Shown one piece after another: positions 1 to 8,426 of a stretch of DNA of 26,886 nucleotides; the stretch's first letter is position 1; each line of letters opens with the position of its first letter. Source of the stretch: an uncultured Planctomycetaceae bacterium (GTDB taxonomy: Bacteria; Planctomycetota; Planctomycetia; Planctomycetales; Planctomycetaceae). The translations under genes were made by a program, and so were the position numbers. The stretch lies in the NCBI GenBank assembly GCA_963976765.1, contig CAXBME010000002.1, positions 496,001-522,886 of the forward strand. Reading direction: 5' to 3'. The notes beneath the pieces were generated by a model. It did not search any database. It worked only from the letters and a program-made list of their open reading frames with translations, and was not told the origin of the DNA.

Positions 1-20
1 AGTTGAGAGCAAGGTTTTTC

Positions 21-866
21 ATGAAACGATCATCCATCATCTTCGGTCTGATTCTGTCTATCGTCGCCGGATTGAACTCCGCCGCGCAGGCTCAGCAGTT
101 TCGAGTTTACACGGAAGTGTCGATCCCGCCGCAAAATCCGGAGCCGGGCAGGATGCAGGACGAAGTCGTTGCTCGCAGCCTGACGATCTTTCACGCCGGT
201 CGCGTGTTTGACTGGTTGAAGACCGCCGGCGAGGTCACGATCTTCGAGCCGGCTCACCAGCGATTTGTGATCTTCAATGGCCGGAAGCTGATTAAGACGA
301 CAATCGACTTCAAAGAGATCGACCGGATGCTGGCATCGGCCCATGACGAAACCAGCAATCATGCCGAACGCCTTCTCAGCCGCAACGATCGAGACTCGCA
401 GACAATCGCAACGTCCCTGCAGTTTCAATTGAATCCGACGTTCAAGCAGTCCTTCGAGCAGCGTTCGTTGCTGCTGGACCTGGACAGTCCGAAACTGGAA
501 TACCACGTCAGCTGCGGAACGACACCCATTCCCGAAGCCGTCAACGCCTACATGGAATATGCCGACTGGACGGCGAAACTGAACCATGTCATGCACCCTC
601 GCAGCCTGTATCCCGCTCCACGAATGAAGCTGAACGAAAGCCTGCGTCAGCACAAAGTGCTACCGGTGAAAGTCCAGCTTCGGGTCGACTTCGACCAGCC
701 CCTGCACTTGCAGGCGGATCACCGATTTGCCTGGCAACTGGAAAAGATCGACCGGCAGAGCATCCAGCACTGGGAAAGCAAAATCGCCGACCCGTCGTTC
801 AAGAGCCTGACCTTCCGCGACTACCAGAAGGCAATTCTGAATCAGGACATGCAGGCCGCTCGGTAA
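21..866 (+). CDS. Hypothetical secreted protein
   Basis: Long ORF. ATG at 21 gives MKRSSIIFGLILSIVAGLNSAAQA-Q, a typical Sec signal peptide with an AQA cleavage site. No catalytic motif recognised. Confidence 0.75.
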   Translation: MKRSSIIFGLILSIVAGLNSAAQAQQFRVYTEVSIPPQNPEPGRMQDEVVARSLTIFHAGRVFDWLKTAGEVTIFEPAHQRFVIFNGRKLIKTTIDFKEIDRMLASAHDETSNHAERLLSRNDRDSQTIATSLQFQLNPTFKQSFEQRSLLLDLDSPKLEYHVSCGTTPIPEAVNAYMEYADWTAKLNHVMHPRSLYPAPRMKLNESLRQHKVLPVKVQLRVDFDQPLHLQADHRFAWQLEKIDRQSIQHWESKIADPSFKSLTFRDYQKAILNQDMQAAR

Positions 867-998
867 CGCTGTGCCGGAATCATCAGCCGCTGACGAATTC
901 TTGCCCAGGAATCCCGCAGGACGTAAGCTGACCGATCAACATTGCGGCGAACGATTCAGATCGAGCGTTTCTCTGCGCGATGAAGTTCGGAGTGGTCC

Positions 999-1670
999 AT
1001 GCCGTGTTCTCAGGAAAATGCCTGCCTCCGCCGATCGCGAAAGCTGATCGGCAACGGCGCGATGCTGGCCGGGATCTGGCTGAGTGTGCTCACGTTGCAA
1101 AGCCCGCAGGCAAACGGAGCCGAATCTTCAACGGCGACAATCGCGGAACCACCCTCGAACACGGAGCCGCAACGAACGCTGAAATCAGGACCGAAGACCG
1201 GTTCAACGATCCATCAGTTTTTTGTGCGAGCGGTCACCGGGCCTCATCGAAATCGTTCTGTTTGTTACGTTTGTCGATACGGAAGTCGACCGGTCGTCAT
1301 GGTGCTGATCCAGAAATCGGATCCGAAAATCGCGACCCTGTTGAAAGCAATTGACTCGATCGTTGACGACAACCGTGTCAGCGGTTTAAGAAGCTTTGGA
1401 GTCCTCGTCACCGACGAGTCTGATCGCGCCGTTCCGATTCTGCAGACAATGGCATTTGATGAGCAGATCAGGATGCCGCTGACAGCCGCCACAACCGCAA
1501 TCGCTGGATCGAGCTGCCACAATCTTCATGAAGACGCGGCGACGACGGTCGTTCTGTATCGCGATCAGCAGGCGGTGAGAAACTTCGCCTTCGCCAAAGG
1601 CGAGATCAGCGAGCAGTCAATCCGACCGCTTCTCGAAGGGATCAAGGAACTCATCGTTGCGAGGAAATGA
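999..1670 (+). CDS. Hypothetical exported protein with CxxC motif (possible thioredoxin-like fold)
   Basis: Hydrophobic N-terminal segment, then LKSGPKTG..FFVRAVTGP..SVCYVCRYGSRPVVMV, an arrangement like AhpC/TSA-type redoxins. Start uncertain (999 or 1062). Confidence 0.6.
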   Translation: MPCSQENACLRRSRKLIGNGAMLAGIWLSVLTLQSPQANGAESSTATIAEPPSNTEPQRTLKSGPKTGSTIHQFFVRAVTGPHRNRSVCYVCRYGSRPVVMVLIQKSDPKIATLLKAIDSIVDDNRVSGLRSFGVLVTDESDRAVPILQTMAFDEQIRMPLTAATTAIAGSSCHNLHEDAATTVVLYRDQQAVRNFAFAKGEISEQSIRPLLEGIKELIVARK

Positions 1671-1686
1671 GAGTGCGGCAGCAGTC

Positions 1687-2172
1687 TCAAGTTCCTTGCC
1701 GTTGCATCTTCAGCAACGCGTTCCAGTCGATGTTCAATTCGGCATCCAGTGACGTTTCGACGACCAGTCGGCCTCCACTGATGTAGTTGTCGTTGCCGGC
1801 GAAGCGGCACCAGGACAACTTTGCAACAAGAGTCTCCGTTCCATGCGGCGATCGAAAACTGACGGCCACGTAGCGATGCGGAAGCGGCTCGTCATGCCGG
1901 AACGAGATTCCATTGATGGAAATGTCTCGACCGCGAGCAGCCACCGGCTCGGAAACGGGCACGAACTGCCCGGAGCGGGGCTCCATCTCCAGCCCTACGA
2001 CGTGCAGCGTTTCCGGAAACGCTACGCGGTGAGCGCGTCGGTCGTTCAACAGCCCACCCGACTGATACCAGCTCGCCGATGACGAATCGATTCCCTGGAC
2101 GGTCGACAATACTTCGTCCAGCGACTTCGATGACGGCATTGAATCAGTTGGTGGCTTGGTTAAATCGTTCAC
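1687..2172 (-). CDS. PilZ domain protein (c-di-GMP receptor)
   Basis: Both PilZ motifs are present, RxxxR (DRRAHR) and DxSxxG (RDISINGISF), followed by a beta-rich C-terminus (AKLSWCR). Confidence 0.8.
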   Translation of the reverse strand: MNDLTKPPTDSMPSSKSLDEVLSTVQGIDSSSASWYQSGGLLNDRRAHRVAFPETLHVVGLEMEPRSGQFVPVSEPVAARGRDISINGISFRHDEPLPHRYVAVSFRSPHGTETLVAKLSWCRFAGNDNYISGGRLVVETSLDAELNIDWNALLKMQRQGT

Positions 2173-2568
2173 GGCCAGGGCTCACTCATGATTGCGACAA
2201 AGGCTGTTCAAAGCATCAAATTTGGCAGGCGGCAAAAGACGCAACGCCGCCTGGGCATGCCGCGTCAGAGAGCGATGGAAAAATAGGTCGACACCAATCG
2301 CGGTCAAACGATTCGGGACACGTTGCGGGAAACCCTTTGAGTAATGACGCAGTATCGCCAGGCAACGATGCCGGAGTTCATCATTCACGTTGCCGCGCCC
2401 AGACAATGTTGCGTTAACGCATCGTGAGGCACATCACTCAGAACATTGCTAACTCAGGAAATGCTTTCACGTTGCAGCCGAATCGCGGTCGGATGGCATG
2501 CTTGCGGCGCTCGGATTGCTTGACGGTCTTCCGTTGAGTGTCAATCCGTAGGCCGTGAGGGCAATGCC

Positions 2569-2994
2569 ATGAGTATTTCGGGAGCAGGTGGAGTTGGAAT
2601 GGGTGGCGGCGCTGCCGGCATGGGTGGAGCCGCCGGAATTGGCGGTGCTGCTGGTGCAACGGCTGGATCACCCGCCGGTTCGGCAACGGCTCCGGGAGGA
2701 GCAACTCCGCCAGGGATGCCTCAAAACATGCAGTCACTCGTCAACGCGATGAAAGACTTTAGCTCCGCCGAAATCCTGATCGCGCTCATGCTGGCTAATG
2801 CGGCTAACGGGAAGGATGACGAGAAGTCCGGCGGCAGCGCAGCAGCGGGTTTCCTGGCAGGACTCGCGATGGCAGGTGGACTTGCCCAGAGCGGCGGCGA
2901 CATCAATCTCTCCGTCGAAGTGGCCGGAGCCCAGGCTCCCGGTGCAGCGGGCGGTGCTGGCGGAGCGGGACTTGGTCTGAATGTTTCTGTGTAA
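2569..2994 (+). CDS. Gly/Ala-rich low-complexity hypothetical protein
   Basis: 141-aa ATG ORF with GAGG upstream. Gly/Ala-rich termini flank an amphipathic core (SSAEILIALML). C-terminus is GLNVSV. Confidence 0.7.
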   Translation: MSISGAGGVGMGGGAAGMGGAAGIGGAAGATAGSPAGSATAPGGATPPGMPQNMQSLVNAMKDFSSAEILIALMLANAANGKDDEKSGGSAAAGFLAGLAMAGGLAQSGGDINLSVEVAGAQAPGAAGGAGGAGLGLNVSV

Positions 2995-3019
2995 ACGGCA
3001 TTGCTGTAAACGGCATCGC
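2990..3019. repeat. 15-bp tandem duplication
   Basis: TGTAAACGGCATTGC (2990-3004) is followed by TGTAAACGGCATCGC (3005-3019), one mismatch, spanning the stop codon of the 2569 gene. Confidence 0.7.
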
Positions 3020-3029
3020 CAGCCGCCGA

Positions 3030-3914
3030 TCATTGGCCCTGCAAAGTCGCGGATGAATTCACAGCGTGAGCCAATCCCGAAACGATATCCGGATACCGAA
3101 GCTGCACGCCGAGCTGTTCTCGAAGTCGCCGATTTCGGCATCGTTTATTGATGCCTCGCGAATGGCGTGCGACGGCGTCGGGATCAAACATCGGCTCAGG
3201 AGCAGCCACAAGCTTTGCGAGCAACCGGTAATACTCGCCGCGCAGAATCGGTCGATCGTCACTGACCAGGTAAATAGATTCGAGATTGCCTGCTTCGGCG
3301 CAAGCAACCACGACATCCGCGGCGTCATCAACATGAATCAGGTTGAGCCATCCTTCTTCCGGACCAGGCAACGGCTGAGCGTTCTTTAACGCGTCGATGC
3401 GCGACAGAAGTCGATCCGGACCGTAGATCCCGGAAAGCCGCAGCACAGTCCCCTGCCCTGACGTTGCGTCGTTTGAAAAACGATCGAGCACCAGTTTCTC
3501 GGCAGCGATGCAGATTTCACCGCTCTCTGTTTCGGAACCAGCCAGCGAGTTCTCGTCGACCCACTCTCCATCCTGTTGTCCGTAAACGCTGGTGCTTGAA
3601 ATGTGGATGAAACGGCCGCAACGATCGGCCATCCGGTTCAGTACGTTCGACAAGCCGTCGACATAGACTTCACGTTTGGAAGCAATCGCCGATCGATCGA
3701 ACCCGACAGCGTGAAGCACCGTGTCACACTCCGGCAGCGAGTTCAGACTCGCGGGATCAGTCACGTCGCCGAGGAGGGACGAGACACCCAGGTCACACAG
3801 CGTGGCCGCGTTCTGCTTCGACCGAGTCAACGCGAAAACTTCATCGCCACGCTTAACCCAGCGAGCCGCCACTCTCCGTCCAAGATAGCCGCATCCAATA
3901 ATCAACCGCCGCAT
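3030..3914 (-). CDS. NAD-dependent epimerase/dehydratase family (atypical SDR, YeeZ-like)
   Basis: MRRLIIGCGYLG Rossmann motif, ISSTSVYG, LRLSGIYGP and NLIHVDD. Start placed at ATG 3914. Confidence 0.9.
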   Translation of the reverse strand: MRRLIIGCGYLGRRVAARWVKRGDEVFALTRSKQNAATLCDLGVSSLLGDVTDPASLNSLPECDTVLHAVGFDRSAIASKREVYVDGLSNVLNRMADRCGRFIHISSTSVYGQQDGEWVDENSLAGSETESGEICIAAEKLVLDRFSNDATSGQGTVLRLSGIYGPDRLLSRIDALKNAQPLPGPEEGWLNLIHVDDAADVVVACAEAGNLESIYLVSDDRPILRGEYYRLLAKLVAAPEPMFDPDAVARHSRGINKRCRNRRLREQLGVQLRYPDIVSGLAHAVNSSATLQGQ

Positions 3915-4152
3915 TCGGGACGCCCTGCTTTCTACGTGCTCGATGAATGACTGTACGGTGCGTCTCAACGCACCCGTGAAGTGAACGCGTTGCCGGGAAC
4001 CGGTGAGTCAAGACGCCCCCTGCTCGACTGACTCGCCCGCGAAAGAGTAGTAAGGATCGTCGAAGATCCCAACGGGCGGTAAACTTCGATGCCATCGGTT
4101 GTGAAATTTGTCGCCGAATGCCGCACCGCTCAGAAATCTGGAGACGCTGATC

Positions 4153-4692
4153 ATGCTTGTTCAATTCGGAGACTGCCGTATCGAGCTTTGCCGGGGCGAT
4201 ATTACCGAGCAGAATGTCGACGCCATCGCGAACGCCGCCAATTCAGAACTCGCCGGCGGTGGCGGCGTCGACGGAGCGATCCATCGTGCGGCTGGTCCGA
4301 CCCTGATGAACGAAACTCGCACGCTGTACCCCGATGGCTGCCCGACCGGCAGCGCTGTCGCGACAACGGGCGGGCGGCTGAAGGCAAAGTACGTGTTGCA
4401 TGCCGTCGGGCCTGTCTGGCATGGCGGCACGGAAGGCGAGCCGAAACTCTTGAAATCTGCCTACCGAACGTGTCTGGAACTCTGCCGCGAGCACAACTGC
4501 GAGAGCGTTGCATTTCCCGCAATCAGTACGGGCGTGTACGGTTACCCGATGGACCTGGCGGCTGAGATCGCTCTGAATGTCGCCCGAGACTTCATTGTCG
4601 AATACAACTCCCCCAAACTCATCAGGTTTGTTCTTTTCAGCGACGGAGCAGCTGGAGCGTTTGCGAGAGTTCTTGAGTCGATGACTGAGTGA
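4153..4692 (+). CDS. ymdB: Macro-domain O-acetyl-ADP-ribose deacetylase (YmdB family)
   Basis: GDIT..VDAIANAAN..GGGGVDGAIHRAAG, HAVGPVW and AFPAISTGVYGYP motifs. GGAG lies upstream of ATG 4153. Confidence 0.92.
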   Translation: MLVQFGDCRIELCRGDITEQNVDAIANAANSELAGGGGVDGAIHRAAGPTLMNETRTLYPDGCPTGSAVATTGGRLKAKYVLHAVGPVWHGGTEGEPKLLKSAYRTCLELCREHNCESVAFPAISTGVYGYPMDLAAEIALNVARDFIVEYNSPKLIRFVLFSDGAAGAFARVLESMTE

Positions 4693-4749
4693 CTGCTCTT
4701 TTTCGACAACTTACATTTTCTGTTCTCGACTGCCGGAACGGCGCGAAGC

Positions 4750-5655
4750 TTGTTCCAGCCTGCAAAAATTACACAGGGATTGGGACCAGCATTGTCCGAA
4801 CCGACGATCGAACAGTTTGTGACCTCAGACGGCTACCGCCATCACTTCCGCCGATGGGTTCCGGACGATAAGCCAAAAGGCTTTGTTCTGTGCCTGCACG
4901 GAATTCAGAGCCATTCCGGCTGGTACGAGTACTCCAGCGCAAAGTTGCGAGACGCTGGTTATGAAGTCGTTTTCCTCGACCGTCGAGGTTCCGGGCTGAA
5001 CCAACCAGAACGGGGCCATGCTCGGCATCACGATCGACTGATCAACGACGTCGTCCAGGCTCTGGAAGATTTGAGAATCCGCCGCAACGCCGTCGCGCCG
5101 ACAGTCCCGGTCACGCTGCTCGGCCTGAGCTGGGGCGGGAAGCTGGCTTCGGTCGTGGCCGCTCGGCGGCAGGAGCTGATCGATGGTCTGGTTCTGCTCT
5201 ATCCCGGAATCCGGTCACACTTCGAAGCCGGCATCCTGGATAACGTCAAGCTATCGCTGGCTCGTGAAGCCGAACTCTTCGAAAAGCTGATTCCGATTCC
5301 ACTCGACGATCCTCAACTGTTCACAGGCGTGCCCGAGTCGCAGGTGTTTATCCGCAACGACAATCTGTCGCTGCGGGACGTCACCGTTTCGTTTCTGCTG
5401 GCGAACCGCGAACTGGATGGACTGACTCAGGCCGCTCCGCCCGAGATTCGTTGTCCGGCAATCATGATGCTTGCTGGCAAGGACCGGATCATCGACAACG
5501 CGGCCACGACGAAGTGGTACAACTCGCTGGCTTCGCAGGAACGAGCGTTGTTTGAATATCCCAACGCCTGTCACACGCTTGAGTTTGAACCGGACCGCGA
5601 TCAATGGATTAGCGATCTGACCGACTGGCTCGACGGACTGCGGCTGACGACATGA
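4750..5655 (+). CDS. Alpha/beta hydrolase (lysophospholipase / Hydrolase_4 type)
   Basis: HGIQSHSGWY oxyanion region, DRRGSG, nucleophile elbow GLSWGG, Asp in GKDRII and His in ACHTL. Start uncertain (4750 or TTG 4792). Confidence 0.88.
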   Translation: MFQPAKITQGLGPALSEPTIEQFVTSDGYRHHFRRWVPDDKPKGFVLCLHGIQSHSGWYEYSSAKLRDAGYEVVFLDRRGSGLNQPERGHARHHDRLINDVVQALEDLRIRRNAVAPTVPVTLLGLSWGGKLASVVAARRQELIDGLVLLYPGIRSHFEAGILDNVKLSLAREAELFEKLIPIPLDDPQLFTGVPESQVFIRNDNLSLRDVTVSFLLANRELDGLTQAAPPEIRCPAIMMLAGKDRIIDNAATTKWYNSLASQERALFEYPNACHTLEFEPDRDQWISDLTDWLDGLRLTT

Positions 5656-5779
5656 CCACTTCTCAGGCAGCTTGTGTCCCAACGTGCTGAAAGAATGTCC
5701 GCAAGCTCAGCTGGCCAGACTCACGTTACACAGTAGGTTATAAAAAGCACTGTTGTCTTCTCTCGATTCTGGACGCACG

Positions 5780-7075
5780 ATGAATCAACTGTCACCAGCA
5801 AAATATGCAGCTCAATTCTTTCGCGGCTTCCGCGTGGCAACAGCAGCGACCGTTGCTGTGCTGTCGTGCTTTGCAACCGGCTGCAATAAAGATTCACCGG
5901 AGTCCAACGTACAATCGGGCATGGCAACATCGCTTGCGACGAGTGATGTATCCCCATCGTCGTCTGATGCCAAACCGAGCAATAATTCCGAGGATGGTTC
6001 GAAGGAGCCATCAGACAACTCTGCTGACGTTCAAGACAAAGATTCAAACGACAGTCCTGAAACCGTCGCCGCGAAAGATTCGTCAAAGCCAGATCAGTCA
6101 AACGCCGAAGGAAAATCTCTCCCAAACACTGACGTCGCCACAACCGTCGCCACCAATGAACCGTCAGTAATAACCGAAACTGCACCAAAGAAACCCGAGG
6201 GAACAAAACTCCCGAAAGATTTCCTGGAAGGCAACAACCTGACGCCGCTCAACCCGCAGAAGACCGTGCTGCTGGACCTTCCTGGGAAACGCGTGCTGCT
6301 CAAAGCCAGAGTCTGCCTGACGGAAGGCCTGCTGGAAATGCTGCTCTGTCCGCACCAGACAAAGGAGCACGAATCGATTCTTTCGACGGAGTCGCAGGCG
6401 TTTACTGTCCACACCGGGTTGCTCGCTCTGGGGTGCAAAGAGGGCAAAGCCGCTCGCTACGACTCGGAGACGGAAGAGTACACGCCAGCCAGCGGCCAGG
6501 TCATTGACGTGTTTCTCCACTGGGTGGACACCGACGGGAAACTGCGGCGGGAACGAGCGCAAAGCTGGGTCCGGCGTTCACGGCAACATTATTACTCGGC
6601 AGAATTCAAAACATTGCCGAAGGATCTGAAGCTCGTCCCCGATGGAAACCTGAGGTACGACGACGTCAACCAGTACCTCTTCTGGTACGGACCAATGACC
6701 GACGAAGAACTGGCTGAATGCCTGAAAATGAGTTCCGACGGGAAGTTTCAGGCAGCGATGAAGCAATTCCATAAGGACGGCCAGGAACGGCCCATGATCG
6801 CGGACTGGGTTTTCGTTGGCAGCGGCTTCTATGAGGACGGCGATGCACCAAAACAATATCTGGCCGAAGGCGGTTACATGATCTGCGTGGCGAATTTTCC
6901 AATGGCCATGCTGGACGTCTCCACGCCGAGCGACTCCAACGGTACCGAGTCACTTACTTACGAAGCCGCTTCCGAACAGATTCCGCCGCGTGGTTCCGAA
7001 GTCATGGTCGAACTCGTCCCGCGTCCGGCAAAGATCGCGGACGATGCGAAAATTGATGCCGAAAAAGCGGACTGA
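5780..7075 (+). CDS. Putative lipoprotein with YdjY-like domain
   Basis: Lipobox-like FATG-C and a Ser/Asp/Thr-rich linker, then LEMLLC..TKEHESIL..HTGLLALG..WVFVGSGF..ICVANF, which I recognise as the YdjY-domain pattern. Confidence 0.7.
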   Translation: MNQLSPAKYAAQFFRGFRVATAATVAVLSCFATGCNKDSPESNVQSGMATSLATSDVSPSSSDAKPSNNSEDGSKEPSDNSADVQDKDSNDSPETVAAKDSSKPDQSNAEGKSLPNTDVATTVATNEPSVITETAPKKPEGTKLPKDFLEGNNLTPLNPQKTVLLDLPGKRVLLKARVCLTEGLLEMLLCPHQTKEHESILSTESQAFTVHTGLLALGCKEGKAARYDSETEEYTPASGQVIDVFLHWVDTDGKLRRERAQSWVRRSRQHYYSAEFKTLPKDLKLVPDGNLRYDDVNQYLFWYGPMTDEELAECLKMSSDGKFQAAMKQFHKDGQERPMIADWVFVGSGFYEDGDAPKQYLAEGGYMICVANFPMAMLDVSTPSDSNGTESLTYEAASEQIPPRGSEVMVELVPRPAKIADDAKIDAEKAD

Positions 7076-7121
7076 GGCGTCCGTCGATTGAACTATCCAA
7101 CCTGCGAACGATCCGTGTTCT

Positions 7122-8153
7122 CTACCAGATTTTTACAGTCGTGCGAGGCTCGGTGACGGCAGGCAATTCGGTGCCGGGTTCGATAAACAACGCTCGAACC
7201 ATGCCCATGCCGATGGGCTTTCCGATCGACCATGACCAGGCAACGGAAGTGGCTCGTCCGGCTTCCTTGTCTTCCTTCTTCGGATTCAGCAGAACCGTGC
7301 CGAGCGGCGGAGTTTCGGCTGCGTCGAACACAAACGATGCCAGAGCCTTGTTGACATGGCCCATCGCGTTGAGTCGTGCGATCGGTTCCTGCCCGAGATA
7401 GCAGCCTTTCTGAAACGAGATCGCCAGCTGAGTCCGGGACGCTTCCTGCGCCAGGTTCTCGTCCGACAGATCGACACCGTAGACAGGAAACCTCGCTTCA
7501 ATTCGCAACGATTCAAAGACACTGGTCCCAGCCGGAGTGATGCCCGATTCAGTGAGCCGTCGCCAGAGTGATTCCGCATGTTCGGCGTCGGTACTGACCA
7601 GGAAGGTGCCCGAGTTAAATATATCAACACGTTTTGCATGACACTCAAAACTGGAATCACCGGCCTGCACTGCCACGATGCAATGTTGCCAGGGCTCCAG
7701 CTCGGCGACGTTCAGACCAGCACCCGAAAGTCGCTGAGCAGCCTGCGGACCAGAGACCAGAAACTCGGCCAGCGTTTCAGTCTCATCGACCAGTTCGAGT
7801 TCTTCGACGAGATGATACTTGTTGAGGTGCGACGTCAATGCCTCGCCCTGCCCCGGCACGGCTTCAATCCACAGCGACTCCTCATCCGCAAACACGAAAA
7901 CGTGTCCGAGGATGCGGCCTTTCACATTGCAGAGAAAGGCTTCGCAGCCAGCTCCGGAAGGCAGCCCTTTGATATCGTTCGTGCAGAAGCCGTGAAAGAA
8001 CGAACGGCAGTCTGGCCCGGTCATCCGAAGTTGTGTCCGGTTCGAAACGTCGAAGACGGCAGCAGCTTCCGTAGCGGCTCGATATTCGGCCTCGGCGTTT
8101 CCAAAATCAGGCTGAGAATGTCGTGGCTCCACGCTGGCGTCTCCGTTGGTCAT
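7122..8153 (-). CDS. ygfZ: Folate-binding protein YgfZ / GcvT family
   Basis: Signature KGCYLGQE and a GcvT-like N-terminus (AVFDVS.R..L.MTGPD..FFHGFCTNDI). Confidence 0.9.
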   Translation of the reverse strand: MTNGDASVEPRHSQPDFGNAEAEYRAATEAAAVFDVSNRTQLRMTGPDCRSFFHGFCTNDIKGLPSGAGCEAFLCNVKGRILGHVFVFADEESLWIEAVPGQGEALTSHLNKYHLVEELELVDETETLAEFLVSGPQAAQRLSGAGLNVAELEPWQHCIVAVQAGDSSFECHAKRVDIFNSGTFLVSTDAEHAESLWRRLTESGITPAGTSVFESLRIEARFPVYGVDLSDENLAQEASRTQLAISFQKGCYLGQEPIARLNAMGHVNKALASFVFDAAETPPLGTVLLNPKKEDKEAGRATSVAWSWSIGKPIGMGMVRALFIEPGTELPAVTEPRTTVKIW

Positions 8154-8426
8154 TTTTCCTGGTCAGTGTGGTCGGGACGGTATTGCACAGTCGCCACAGA
8201 CGCAAATCGCGTAGAACGACGTAAAACCGCAGGGTCGGCACTGCCCACCAATCCCTGGATCATTCTGGTGGTCGCTGCCCACCCTGCAAACGGCAATCAA
8301 GCCACCGACAGACGGGGTAAACAGGTTTCGTGGCGGGGGCCTCTCGTAATCCGCTACAGTTTTCCCCCTTCTTGAATACCCGTTTTCGAAATCGCAACGG
8401 CAGACTCCACCACAGGACACAATCTG

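Noticed and set aside
2454..2510. Sigma28 (GAAA-N15-GCCGAATC) or sigma54 (TGGCATG-N4-CGGC) promoter for the Gly-rich gene
   Set aside because: Each has one poor half-site, so neither is supportable from a single sequence.
4034..4078. c-di-GMP-I riboswitch or hammerhead ribozyme
   Set aside because: It lacks the GGCAAAC/GACGC core and the CUGANGA core on either strand.
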